From the NCBI GenBank assembly GCA_963666315.2, contig CAXXHG010000010.1, forward strand, positions 107,621 to 171,620: DNA of 64,000 nucleotides, given 5' to 3'. Position 1 is the stretch's first letter. Each line of letters starts with the position of its first letter. A model generated the notes under the pieces. That model was given only the letters and a program-made list of their open reading frames with translations, searched no databases and was not told the DNA's origin. Made by a program: the position numbers and the translations under genes. This document shows, piece by piece, positions 1-9,493 of this stretch. This stretch comes from Candidatus Binatia bacterium. Lineage in GTDB: Bacteria; Desulfobacterota; Binatia; Bin18.

Positions 1-540
1 GCCGACGAAGAGGTCACCCCGGCCCTCCAACACGAGATCCAAGCCGTCTTACAACGAGACGACCCTGCGGTGGATGGATTCTACGTACCGCGCCTGGTGC
101 GCTATTTGGGGCGTTGGTGGTGGCGAGGCTGGTATCCCGGCTATCGACTGCGATTGTTTCGTAAGACCAAGGTCCGCTGGGGAGGCATCAATCCGCATGA
201 GAAGGTCTTGCTGCGAGGCCACGCAGATCGACTCCGCAGCAATCTGCATCATTACACGTATGATGACATGAGGGATCATCTGCGGACAATTAACGGCCTG
301 ACCGAGGTCTCGGCCCGTGAGCTCGCTCTACGCAAACGTCAGAGACGGCTCATCGACTTACTGTTACGTCCACTCTGGCGCTTCGTAAGTTTTTACTTTC
401 TGCGCGGCTGCCTGCGCGATGGCATTCCCGGTCTTTTTGTTTCCGTGACATCGGCTTTCTACGTCTTCCTCAAATATGCCAAGCTGAGGGAGCAGACTGC
501 GAGTTCCAGTGACACGTCGGCTGCGTATTCTCCACATTGA
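1..540 (+). CDS. Glycosyltransferase family 2 (KdtX/WaaE-like), 5'-truncated by the window edge
   Basis: Frame open from base 1 (ADEEVTPAL..., end of the DADE motif); GWYPGYRLRLF, HEKV and LHHYTY motifs; C-terminal DGIPG...FLKYAKL typical of LPS GT2. Confidence 0.85.
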   Translation, partial: ADEEVTPALQHEIQAVLQRDDPAVDGFYVPRLVRYLGRWWWRGWYPGYRLRLFRKTKVRWGGINPHEKVLLRGHADRLRSNLHHYTYDDMRDHLRTINGLTEVSARELALRKRQRRLIDLLLRPLWRFVSFYFLRGCLRDGIPGLFVSVTSAFYVFLKYAKLREQTASSSDTSAAYSPH

Positions 541-1615
541 TCCGGAACGACAGTGGGGCGGGGGCGAGGTCCAGGTCTTGGGGCTCACCCAGTATCTCGA
601 TGAGGCTGGACATGTCTCCCACGTTGCCGTTCACCCGCACGGCGTCTTAGGCCAGCGTCTGCACGCAGCAGGGCTCGCAACCAGACCCCTCTCAATCCGT
701 AATCACCTTGATGGTATGGCTGGCTGGCGGTTGCGGCGCATGGTCCGGCAGGAGCGCTACGACCTGGTCCATTTTCATACCGCCAGGGCCCACGCGCTCA
801 GCCCCTGGGTACGCGGCCTGCCGATAAAACGTGTCGTGACCCGGCGAATGGATTATCCCATTAGGCCAGGCTGGCTGAGTCACCTCCTGTATATACAAAG
901 TGTTGACATGGTCGTCGCTATTTCTTCCGGTCTCCGCGCTGCCCTACGGGCAGCAAACATCCTCGATACGCATATGCGGCTAATTCCCAGTGGTATCGAT
1001 AGCAAACAGTTTGTGCCGAATGCCGACCGGCGTGCCCGCATCCGTCGGCAGTACGGTCTGACCGAGGATGCTCTACTGGTGCTGGCTGTGGGAGCCCTGG
1101 TCGAGCGCAAATCGCATCGGACCCTCATCGACGCAGCAGCACGGCTCACGCAAAACGGGATACTGCTGCACTATCTCATCTGTGGCGCTGGTCCGCTCCG
1201 CTCAGCGCTGGAGACCCAGACACGTGCGCTTGGTCTCAATTCCTGCGTACACTTCGCCGGATTTTGTCAGGACCTCCCGGCCCATCTCGCAGCAGCAGAC
1301 TTCTTCGTGCATACCCCGCTGCGGGAAGGATTAGGGATAGCCGTCCTAGAAGCCCTGGCGGCGGGACTCCCGGTTGTGGCCAGCCGAGTAGGCGGCATTC
1401 CTGAACTGATTACCGATCAGGTTACGGGCCTGCTCATCCCGCCCCAGGACCCTGCGGCACTAGAGACAGCGCTCACACAGTATGTGCACAACCCTGACTG
1501 GGCCAAAGCCCTGGGACAGGCTGGCCGGGCGGCAACACACGCCCGCTTTGATATTCGCGCGACTGCCCAGGCGAATGAGGCCCTGTATTATGAGTTACTT
1601 ACCGGCGCGCGGTAA
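509..1615 (+). CDS. Glycosyltransferase family 4 (GT-B), LPS biosynthesis
   Basis: WGGGE N-terminal motif; EGLGIAVLEALAAGLPVVASRVGGIPE (EX7E) motif. Confidence 0.9.
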   Translation: MTRRLRILHIDPERQWGGGEVQVLGLTQYLDEAGHVSHVAVHPHGVLGQRLHAAGLATRPLSIRNHLDGMAGWRLRRMVRQERYDLVHFHTARAHALSPWVRGLPIKRVVTRRMDYPIRPGWLSHLLYIQSVDMVVAISSGLRAALRAANILDTHMRLIPSGIDSKQFVPNADRRARIRRQYGLTEDALLVLAVGALVERKSHRTLIDAAARLTQNGILLHYLICGAGPLRSALETQTRALGLNSCVHFAGFCQDLPAHLAAADFFVHTPLREGLGIAVLEALAAGLPVVASRVGGIPELITDQVTGLLIPPQDPAALETALTQYVHNPDWAKALGQAGRAATHARFDIRATAQANEALYYELLTGAR

Positions 1616-1624
1616 AGGACCAGC

Positions 1625-2638
1625 GTGAAGCGCGCTTCTTCTCGTCAGCAGATTTCCGCGCGTATAATCACGCCCCTGCTTGCCCGCTTCGCCCAGGTGC
1701 GCGTACTCGTCATCGGCGATCTCATGCTTGATCGTTATATTTGGGGCCAGGTCAATCGCATCTCGCCCGAAGCACCCGTCCCGGTTGTCCGTGTTACTCA
1801 CGAGAGCCTGCACGCTGGAGGAGCAGGCAATGTTATTGCGAATATCCGCGCTCTGGGTGGACGGGCGACGGTCTGTGGCGTTGTCGGTCAAGATCAAGCC
1901 GGACAGCGCTTACGCACGGAGTTGCGGTCATCTGGGGCACACGTCGACGGCATTGTCACCAGCAAACCGTACGAGACCATTAGCAAGACACGCATCATTG
2001 CCCATAGTCAACAAGTCGTCCGCCTGGATCGGGATCCTATAGAAAATCTCACCCCACATACCCGGTCTCGGCTGCGGACGTTTATCCAACGCCACGTGTC
2101 CGACTTTGACGTCTGTGTGGTATCAGACTATGGCAAAGGACTCATTGATGCAGACCTCCTCCAGCTCTTGGCCGCGCTGCGGGCTCAGCACGGCTTCGTG
2201 TACGTAATTGATCCAAAACGCCAGAACTTCCTCCACTACCACGGAGCCAGCTTGGTCAAACCGAATACAGACGAAGCCGGACAGGCAACCCAAATCGAGA
2301 TCAGAACTGCCGCCGACCTGCGGAATGCTGGTCTACGCCTGCTCGACCTGTGGCAGACGGAGGCCGTTCTCGTCTCGCGTGGAGAAGAAGGCATGAGCTT
2401 ATTCCAGCCAGGCCAGCGGACGGCCCATTTTCCGACCACGGCTCACGAGGTGTTTGATGTGACGGGCGCAGGCGACACCGTCATTGCCGTATGCGCTTTA
2501 GCCCTAGGCGCCGGGGCGTCACTCGAACTAGCAACTATGCTGGCAAATCACGCCGCAGGGATCGTAGTCGGCAAGGTCGGGACAGCGACAGTCGGCCCCA
2601 AAGAACTCAAAACTATCCTGAGGACACACAGCCAATGA
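1625..2638 (+). CDS. rfaE1: D-glycero-beta-D-manno-heptose-7-phosphate kinase (HldE domain I / HldA)
   Basis: VIGDLMLDRY, RISPEAPVPVV, GGAGNV, SDYGKG and DVTGAGDTV motifs. Confidence 0.93.
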   Translation: MKRASSRQQISARIITPLLARFAQVRVLVIGDLMLDRYIWGQVNRISPEAPVPVVRVTHESLHAGGAGNVIANIRALGGRATVCGVVGQDQAGQRLRTELRSSGAHVDGIVTSKPYETISKTRIIAHSQQVVRLDRDPIENLTPHTRSRLRTFIQRHVSDFDVCVVSDYGKGLIDADLLQLLAALRAQHGFVYVIDPKRQNFLHYHGASLVKPNTDEAGQATQIEIRTAADLRNAGLRLLDLWQTEAVLVSRGEEGMSLFQPGQRTAHFPTTAHEVFDVTGAGDTVIAVCALALGAGASLELATMLANHAAGIVVGKVGTATVGPKELKTILRTHSQ

Positions 2639-3510
2639 GAAGCATGACCGGTTTTGGCAACGGTAGTAGCGCCTTACCGGGTGGGCGCGTGGCGGTCGAT
2701 ATTCGTGCAGTGAACCATCGTTTCCTCGAAGTGAAGCTCCACCTGCCCCGCGGGTTTTTGCCCTGGGAGGACGAGTTCCGTGCCCTTATTGCTGCTCAGC
2801 TCAAACGGGGGCGGATCGAGGTTTTTCTCTCGCTCTCGGGGCGTGCCTCTCGCTCCTATACGGTTCATCTCAATATGGAGCTTGCCCGTGCCTATGCCCA
2901 GGCGGTCAGCCGCTTGCAAAATGAGCTGGGGGTCAGCGGTGAACTCGATCTTCAATTTTTCGCTACTCGACCGGAGCTTTTCCAAGTGGCGGAATCTCAG
3001 CAGCCTTCTCCAGTCGAGGTCAGCACGTCGAAGAAGGCACTCCAGCGGGCGCTGACGGCTCTCGTACGTCAACGCCGCCGCGAAGGCAGATTTCTCCAGC
3101 GTGATCTACGCGGGCGTATTTCTGCGCTCGAAAAATTGCGTCGTAGCGTGCAGCGCCGGACCGGACAAAGCCGACAGCTTATGCACCAGAAGTTGACGGA
3201 CAGGATCATGCCGCTTTTACCTCACCTCGAAACTGACCGCAGTCGCGTCTTGCAGGAAGTAGCCAGCCTGGTACAGAAAAGTGATATCACGGAAGAGCTA
3301 GTACGGTTGCAGAGCCACCTGCACGCATTTTCCGATCTCTTCCAACTTGAGGAGTCGGTCGGCAAACGGATGGATTTCCTGCTGCAGGAGATGCAACGGG
3401 AAGTCAACACGATGGGGGCAAAGGCGGATGATGCGTCCATTCGACATCTGGTGGTACAGGCGAAAGAAGAGGTGGAAAAAATACGCGAACAAGTGCACAA
3501 TATAGAATAA
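2635..3510 (+). CDS. yicC: YicC/YloC family endoribonuclease
   Basis: MRSMTGFG start overlapping the rfaE1 stop (ATGA); VNHRFLE, DITEELVRLQSH, GKRMDFLLQEMQREVNTMGAK, EKIREQVHNIE. Confidence 0.93.
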   Translation: MRSMTGFGNGSSALPGGRVAVDIRAVNHRFLEVKLHLPRGFLPWEDEFRALIAAQLKRGRIEVFLSLSGRASRSYTVHLNMELARAYAQAVSRLQNELGVSGELDLQFFATRPELFQVAESQQPSPVEVSTSKKALQRALTALVRQRRREGRFLQRDLRGRISALEKLRRSVQRRTGQSRQLMHQKLTDRIMPLLPHLETDRSRVLQEVASLVQKSDITEELVRLQSHLHAFSDLFQLEESVGKRMDFLLQEMQREVNTMGAKADDASIRHLVVQAKEEVEKIREQVHNIE

Positions 3511-3513
3511 CGT

Positions 3514-4185
3514 ATGTCAGACGACGATCACCGCTTCATTTTTCCCCGTCGTGGGATTCTCCTCATATTGTCGGCCCCGTCCGGAGCCGGGAAAACTACG
3601 CTGGCGCGTCAACTCATCGCCAAGAATGACAACCTACGCTGGTCGATCTCACACACGACTCGTGCGTGTCGCGCAGGAGAAGTCGAGGGGCACGATTATC
3701 ACTTTGTGAGCGAAGAGATTTTTCTGACGCTCCGCAAGAATAACGCATTCGCAGAATGGGCAAAAGTTCATAGCGCCTACTACGGGACTGCCCGCGCCAC
3801 GATCGATGCCGCCCTCACCAGCGGACAGGACCTCCTGCTTGATATCGATGTCCAAGGCGCTGCCCAGCTCAAGGTCGCGTATCCAGAGGCCGTGTCTGCT
3901 TTTATCCTGCCGCCCTCTTGGCGGGAGTTAGAATCGCGCTTACGTGGACGCGGCACTGACCACGAAGGGGAGATTACACAACGTATCCGTCGTGCACGGG
4001 AAGAGGTACGAGAATTATCCCGCTACGACTATTGTGTCATCAATGACGAAGTCAAATCCGGCGTCGCGTCCTTACAGGCTATTCTCAGCGCTGAGCGAAC
4101 ACGCCTCTCACGTCTGGATGTGTCACAAGCGCAGTGCTGGGGTTCTTCTCAACACGTAAGGGCAAAAACAGGAAGCTGCTCATGA
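3514..4185 (+). CDS. gmk: Guanylate kinase
   Basis: SAPSGAGKTT P-loop, SHTTR, DIDVQGA, FILPPS. Confidence 0.95.
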   Translation: MSDDDHRFIFPRRGILLILSAPSGAGKTTLARQLIAKNDNLRWSISHTTRACRAGEVEGHDYHFVSEEIFLTLRKNNAFAEWAKVHSAYYGTARATIDAALTSGQDLLLDIDVQGAAQLKVAYPEAVSAFILPPSWRELESRLRGRGTDHEGEITQRIRRAREEVRELSRYDYCVINDEVKSGVASLQAILSAERTRLSRLDVSQAQCWGSSQHVRAKTGSCS

Positions 4186-6323
4186 ACCTGGATCAGCTTG
4201 TTTCCAGAATTCAGTCCTATCATCCTGAGGCCAATACCGACCTCATCATCAATGCGTATGCGTTCTCAGAGCGGGTCCACCAGGGCCAAAAACGCCGCTC
4301 AGGAGAGCCCTATTTTATCCACCCGGTTGGAGTCGCTGAAATTATTACCGACATGAAGTTGGATGTCCCGAGTGTGGTCACCAGCTTACTGCATGACACG
4401 GTTGAAGACACCTTAACCACGCTGGATCAAATTACGCAGCACTTTGGCGAGGAAGTCGCCGCTCTGGTCGACGGGGTCACCAAGATCAGTCAGATCAATT
4501 TCACCACGCGTGAAGAGCACCAGGCTGAAAATTTCCGCAAAATGATTTTCGCTATGGCCCGAGACATCCGTGTTATTCTGGTCAAGTTAGCGGATCGCGC
4601 CCATAACATGCGGACGCTGTCCCATCTGAGTGAGGATAAACAGCGTGAGATTGCGTCTGAGACCTTGGAAATCTATGCACCTCTCGCCCATCGCCTGGGC
4701 ATCTACTGGATGAAAAGCGAGTTAGAAGATAACTCGCTGCGCTATCTCTATCCCAAGGTGTATTCCAGTCTGAAACGTAATATTGCCAAGAAAAAGAGTG
4801 AGCGAAAAAATTATATTGCCGCAGTAATCGGCATCCTCCAAAAAATATTTATCGAGGCAGACATTTCAGCCCAGGTATCTGGCCGGCCCAAACATTTCTA
4901 CTCGATTTACCAAAAGATGCAGTCACAAAATCTGGTCTTCGGCCAGATCTATGACTTGGTCGGCTTTCGCATCGTCGTTCCGTCTGTACGAGAATGCTAT
5001 CAAGCCCTCGGCAGCATCCACAGTCACTGGCGGCCCATACCCGGCCGGTTTAAGGACTATATCGCCCTGCCCAAGGCGAATATGTACCAGTCACTACACA
5101 CGACAGTGATTGGGCCGCATGGGGAGCGCATCGAGATACAGATCCGGACCCGGGAGATGCACGTTGTTGCCGAAGAAGGCGTGGCCGCGCACTGGTCGTA
5201 TAAAGAAGGTCAAGGCAAGGAAGAGGCGCAGCGTTTCACCTGGCTGCGTCAACTCGTCGAATTACAACAACAAATCCAAGACCCGAAAGAATTCCTACAC
5301 ACGATTAAAGAAGACCTCTTTACCGAAGAAGTCTACGCCTTCACCCCCCAAGGCGATCTGAATCGTTTTCCGCGTGGGGCATCAGTGATCGATTTTGCCT
5401 ACCGGGTGCATTCTGAAGTCGGCAATCACTGTACTGGAGCACGGGTGAATGGGCGCCAAGTTCCGCTACGCTATCAGCTCAAAAATGGAGATGTCATTGA
5501 AATCATCACGACCAAGCAGCAGTCGCCGAGCAAAGACTGGCTGAAAATCGTCAAAACTCCTAAAGCCAAAGCCCGCGTCCGCCACTGGCTCAAAGAAGAA
5601 CAGCGCGAGCGTAGCGTAGCGTTAGGACAAGAGCTGCTTGGACGTGAGTTGGCTCGCTCTCACGCGACCCTGTCCTCCCTGCGCAAGCAGCACAAAATCG
5701 CCTCCGTCCTTGAAGCGCTCGGGTTTGACGATGAAGAAACCCTCTTTGCCGCTGTGGGCTACGGCCAGGTGACTCTGGGCCAGGTCCTTGCCCATCTGGT
5801 TCCACAGCCCGCCGAAATTCCGGGCCTCACCCCGGATGAAATCGAGCTGGAAAAAATTCGCCATGAGCCGCCAGAGGGAGACTCAAGCGGCGTTAAGGTT
5901 GGCGGGATAGGGAACGTGCTGATTCGGTTTGGCCGCTGTTGTAACCCCTTGCCGGGAGAACGCATTCTCGGAGTGATTACCCGAGGGAAAGGTGTCACCG
6001 TGCATACAATTGCCTGCCAGCGCCTGCATGAGAGCGATCCTCAGCGGCATACCGCTGTCAGTTGGGATGCGGCAACGGACTACACCCGTCCGGTCAAAAT
6101 TGAGGTTCTCTCCGAAGACCGCCCCGGTCTCCTGGCCAGTATGAGCAAGGCCATCAGCACCACAGGGCTCAATATCGCCAGCGCTAATGTTCGGACCTTA
6201 ACCGACGAACGTGCCCTCAATATGTTTGAAATTTTAGTCTCCAGCTCCGACGATCTGCAGCGCGTCATGCGCAACCTGGAGCGCGTCCGCGGCGTGGTGA
6301 AAGTGTCGAGGATGAAGCACTGA
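4182..6323 (+). CDS. spoT: Bifunctional (p)ppGpp synthetase/hydrolase Rel/SpoT
   Basis: ATG overlaps the gmk stop (ATGA); intact HD (LLHDTVED), RFKDYIA synthetase motif, YQSLHT, TGS, CCNP and ACT domains. Confidence 0.93.
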   Translation: MNLDQLVSRIQSYHPEANTDLIINAYAFSERVHQGQKRRSGEPYFIHPVGVAEIITDMKLDVPSVVTSLLHDTVEDTLTTLDQITQHFGEEVAALVDGVTKISQINFTTREEHQAENFRKMIFAMARDIRVILVKLADRAHNMRTLSHLSEDKQREIASETLEIYAPLAHRLGIYWMKSELEDNSLRYLYPKVYSSLKRNIAKKKSERKNYIAAVIGILQKIFIEADISAQVSGRPKHFYSIYQKMQSQNLVFGQIYDLVGFRIVVPSVRECYQALGSIHSHWRPIPGRFKDYIALPKANMYQSLHTTVIGPHGERIEIQIRTREMHVVAEEGVAAHWSYKEGQGKEEAQRFTWLRQLVELQQQIQDPKEFLHTIKEDLFTEEVYAFTPQGDLNRFPRGASVIDFAYRVHSEVGNHCTGARVNGRQVPLRYQLKNGDVIEIITTKQQSPSKDWLKIVKTPKAKARVRHWLKEEQRERSVALGQELLGRELARSHATLSSLRKQHKIASVLEALGFDDEETLFAAVGYGQVTLGQVLAHLVPQPAEIPGLTPDEIELEKIRHEPPEGDSSGVKVGGIGNVLIRFGRCCNPLPGERILGVITRGKGVTVHTIACQRLHESDPQRHTAVSWDAATDYTRPVKIEVLSEDRPGLLASMSKAISTTGLNIASANVRTLTDERALNMFEILVSSSDDLQRVMRNLERVRGVVKVSRMKH

Positions 6324-6389
6324 AGGGATCGTTGCACTCCGGACAGCTCTCGCAGGGGTAGGCTGGGGCCAGGGGTGACCGCCTGCGCT

Positions 6390-6581
6390 TCACGCCGCCT
6401 TGACTATTTTGCCCGAACGGATACAGCGCGTGCAGACACGCAGACGCCGAACCGTTCCATCCACCTTGGCTTTCACCCGTTGCAGGTTGGGCAACCAACG
6501 GCGCCGGGTCTTATTGTTGGCGTGACTGACATTATTGCCCACGGACGGGCCTTTTCCACAAATTTCACATCTTTTGGCCAC
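6390..6581 (-). CDS. rpmB: 50S ribosomal protein L28
   Basis: [26 protein letters not shown]; GGAGG SD upstream. Confidence 0.96.
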   Translation of the reverse strand: MAKRCEICGKGPSVGNNVSHANNKTRRRWLPNLQRVKAKVDGTVRRLRVCTRCIRSGKIVKAA

Positions 6582-6628
6582 GAAACTCCTCCATCACTCT
6601 TGCCCTCTTGCACTCTGGGAAACCCCTG

Positions 6629-6657
6629 TGTGTACCACAGGCTGTGAACTGCTGCAA
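6629..6657 (-). promoter_or_regulatory. Putative sigma70 promoter of rpmB
   Basis: TTGCAG-17 bp-TACACA with extended TG; resemblance to consensus only. Confidence 0.4.
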
Positions 6658-6675
6658 CACGGCCAAACCGTACAT

Positions 6676-7155
6676 TTATTCTTGAGATATTGCGATGATA
6701 CGTTCAATCAGATCTGTGCTTGAAAAGCCGTCCTGGTAGCGCACGGCAACGACCCGTCCACCGTTTTTTTCAACGATCTCTCTTCCAATTATAGTCTCGG
6801 GACCCCAATCTCCGCCTTTGACTAAGATATGCGGCTGCAGGGCGCGAATCAATGTCAACGGTGTTTCTTCGTCAAAGGTTGTTACGTAATCAACGGCCTC
6901 CAAAGCGGCGAGCAGGGTTAAACGGCTCGCTTGATCAAGAATCGGGCGTTTCTCACCCTTTAGCCGTTTCACCGAAGCATCGCTATTGATCCCTACCACA
7001 AGGATATCGCCAAAGGTTTTTGCTTGGGTCAGGGTATATATGTGACCAGGATGCAGCAGGTCAAAGCAGCCGTTGGTGAATACGATCCGTTTTCCCTGAC
7101 GGCGCAATCGCGACAGTTGTGCTGTAAGATCTTTCGCAGCAAGGGTCTTTTGCAT
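6676..7155 (-). CDS. rfaE2: D-glycero-beta-D-manno-heptose-1-phosphate adenylyltransferase (HldE domain II / HldC)
   Basis: VFTNGCFDLLHPGH, NSDASVKRLKG, LVKGGDW, STDLIERI. Confidence 0.93.
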   Translation of the reverse strand: MQKTLAAKDLTAQLSRLRRQGKRIVFTNGCFDLLHPGHIYTLTQAKTFGDILVVGINSDASVKRLKGEKRPILDQASRLTLLAALEAVDYVTTFDEETPLTLIRALQPHILVKGGDWGPETIIGREIVEKNGGRVVAVRYQDGFSSTDLIERIIAISQE

Positions 7156-7257
7156 GACTATCCGTTTCCCAGAATACCAGGGGTCAGGTCCAGAACCGAA
7201 AGGGTCGTTGGTCCGACCTCTGCTGACGCACTTCGAGAGTACCTCAGGGGCAGTGCA

Positions 7258-9477
7258 TTAAAATGCATTTTTCCCCGCTGAGGTAATGCCGATGAGCGAT
7301 AAGGACAAACGAAACTCCACCTCGCTCGGGTTGACTTTATCCACGATACCAAAATCAAACGCCCAACACTTTTGCGGTGAGAGGAACCGAAGGAAATAGC
7401 GGCTCCCGATAAATAAATCATCATTCAGGTCGTAGCGCGTAAAATAGGCCGCAGTCAGATATTCGTTAAAGCGAAAGATGAGACTTCCATTGACCTCTTT
7501 GAGCAGGCGGTCGGCAATGGTGCGATACGAGACACGGATGCTGGTCCGCCGCTGTAGATGACGCACCAAGGGACTAACTTCGGGCAATGGTCGCGGGTCG
7601 CGGAGAAACCCACCTATGCGCGCGGCAATCACATCCCCACGCTCAAAGTCATAGGTCGTATATGCAGAAAGGGTGAAAAAAGGAAGTGGTCGAAACTGCG
7701 CATGAAGATCAACATCTGAAAAATGTTGCTCTTTTTCGCTGTCGGCACCAGGCGGGGCACCTGAGTTGAGCCCAAACTCTTCTCCTCCTTCCCGCAAGCC
7801 ACGGCTTGGATCATAGGCATGTGTAATAGACAAACGTGCCAGTTCGCGGATAGTTGTCCCCTGGTTCGAGGTGCCAGGGACAGGGGAGAATTTTCCGAGC
7901 AGACGATTGGATACGCCATAGGCGAAAAGGCTACGTTTATTAATCCGATCCAAAGCATCATACAGAGGCAGGTCGTCTTGATCGACCGGCGGCACATAGG
8001 AAAATGAAGCATGCGGCTCAACCACATGTTGTAGTTTCAGCAGTCCTCCCCAGCCGACATCATACACCCGCGATAAGCGTGTCTCGATTTCAGCCTGGAG
8101 CTGGATGAGTTCTCGTGCCTGGTTCCGGCGCAGACGGCCTGAGCCAGGCAGAGCCCGCCTGCCCGGTGCCCGGGAACTCATATGGTAGACAGTCTCCCGC
8201 GCCGTCACTTTGACTGAACCAAAAAAATACCTCCCCAGCGAGAATGGTACGGATATCCATGGGGCCAGATCGAACCGCTGTCCGTAGTAGCCACGGTTCC
8301 GAAAGAAATGGCTGCCTTCTACGGTAATCCCGGCTTCAAGGCGGTCGTGCCAAAAACGCTGATGGCCTTGGAAATGTATCTGCGGCAGCACCTGGAAAGC
8401 ATTATCCTGGTCGCCGCGGAGATCTTGATAATAGCGTGCCTCCGAACGCAGTTGCGCCTGCTTCCAGGTCTTGACTGTCCCTACTCGTGAGTCGGTGAAC
8501 CGCCGCGAGCGTAGCTCGCGGTCCTCTAGCCTGGGATGAAATGACATATTTATCTCGCGTAAAAAGAAGTCATCACTGACAAGAAACAAATCACTATACA
8601 GATCGATGTCATCCGCTAGACCTTGTCGGTGCACCCCGGTTACACTCCAGCGATCGATGGGAGAGGTTGTCGAGGCTGGGCCACGGATCCGTTCATTAAA
8701 GTACGAGGCAGAGAATTCTCCCTCTGTCCGCTCGTTGGGAGCATAGCGGTACTCGCCTAAGAGTCCGATGCGGGCGGACGTTTCCACGTCTGCCGTCAGC
8801 GTCAGATCCTGGCTCTTACTCATTGCCCAGTAGAAGGGCTGCTGCCACTGGAAACCACGCTTACTCGAAAAGCTGTATTGGGGCGCAAGCAGACCAGTCT
8901 GTCGTTCCTTGCGAACGGGAATGAGTGCATACGGCACATACAACACCGGGACATCGCGTATGCGAAACAACCCGCCTCGAATTTTACCAGTTCCGCCTAC
9001 GGTGAGATCGAAATCTCCCGCACCGATACTCCAGTCTGCATCCTCCATCGTGTCACATTCACACGTAGTTATCGACCCGTCTTCGATATGGTAACTTTGA
9101 CCATAGAATTTCTGGAGCTTTTTCCCGGTTATGGTGTATTGATTACGCCGGAGATGAACCGTCCCGTTCTGGATCTCACCGGTTTCGTCCGTCAACTCCA
9201 GCTGCATCGCCTCAGCCTGAACATCGCCCTGCGGGTCTGTTAATACAACATGGCCGCGCGCCATCAATTCATTCTTGGTTCGCCTGACCGTGACGGTATC
9301 TGCGGTCAGTGTGGTTTGTCCCTTGGTGACGACGACATTGCCTTCGGCAGTCACCGTCTCGCCTTGCTCCTCATAGGTCAACGTGTCGGCCAGCACCCGC
9401 ATCTCCTCTTGCTCCTGGGCCGACACGCACGGCACGTTCACTAAGCAGAGAAAGTAAAAGAAAAGACTGTGCCGCAT
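7258..9477 (-). CDS. lptD: LPS assembly outer-membrane protein LptD
   Basis: Signal peptide, OstA-like N-domain (AEGNVVV, GSITTC), RQTGLLAP, beta-barrel-like C-terminal part (HVVEP). Confidence 0.85.
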   Translation of the reverse strand: MRHSLFFYFLCLVNVPCVSAQEQEEMRVLADTLTYEEQGETVTAEGNVVVTKGQTTLTADTVTVRRTKNELMARGHVVLTDPQGDVQAEAMQLELTDETGEIQNGTVHLRRNQYTITGKKLQKFYGQSYHIEDGSITTCECDTMEDADWSIGAGDFDLTVGGTGKIRGGLFRIRDVPVLYVPYALIPVRKERQTGLLAPQYSFSSKRGFQWQQPFYWAMSKSQDLTLTADVETSARIGLLGEYRYAPNERTEGEFSASYFNERIRGPASTTSPIDRWSVTGVHRQGLADDIDLYSDLFLVSDDFFLREINMSFHPRLEDRELRSRRFTDSRVGTVKTWKQAQLRSEARYYQDLRGDQDNAFQVLPQIHFQGHQRFWHDRLEAGITVEGSHFFRNRGYYGQRFDLAPWISVPFSLGRYFFGSVKVTARETVYHMSSRAPGRRALPGSGRLRRNQARELIQLQAEIETRLSRVYDVGWGGLLKLQHVVEPHASFSYVPPVDQDDLPLYDALDRINKRSLFAYGVSNRLLGKFSPVPGTSNQGTTIRELARLSITHAYDPSRGLREGGEEFGLNSGAPPGADSEKEQHFSDVDLHAQFRPLPFFTLSAYTTYDFERGDVIAARIGGFLRDPRPLPEVSPLVRHLQRRTSIRVSYRTIADRLLKEVNGSLIFRFNEYLTAAYFTRYDLNDDLFIGSRYFLRFLSPQKCWAFDFGIVDKVNPSEVEFRLSLSLIGITSAGKNAF

Positions 9478-9493
9478 GACCCACGCTGCTTTC

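Noticed and set aside
2491-2634. N-terminal extensions in the ORF track (yicC here; likewise rel, folC, trpF, rplA, nusG, tig)
   Set aside because: They overlap upstream genes or lack conserved sequence; family N-termini and SD position support the downstream ATGs
6351-6387. G-rich imperfect stem (CGCAGG...CCTGCG) between convergent rel and rpmB
   Set aside because: No U-tract and only three full G4 runs; cannot support a terminator or quadruplex call
6332-6619. TTGCACTCYGG direct repeat flanking rpmB
   Set aside because: Short and imperfect; no other sign of an insertion or target-site duplication
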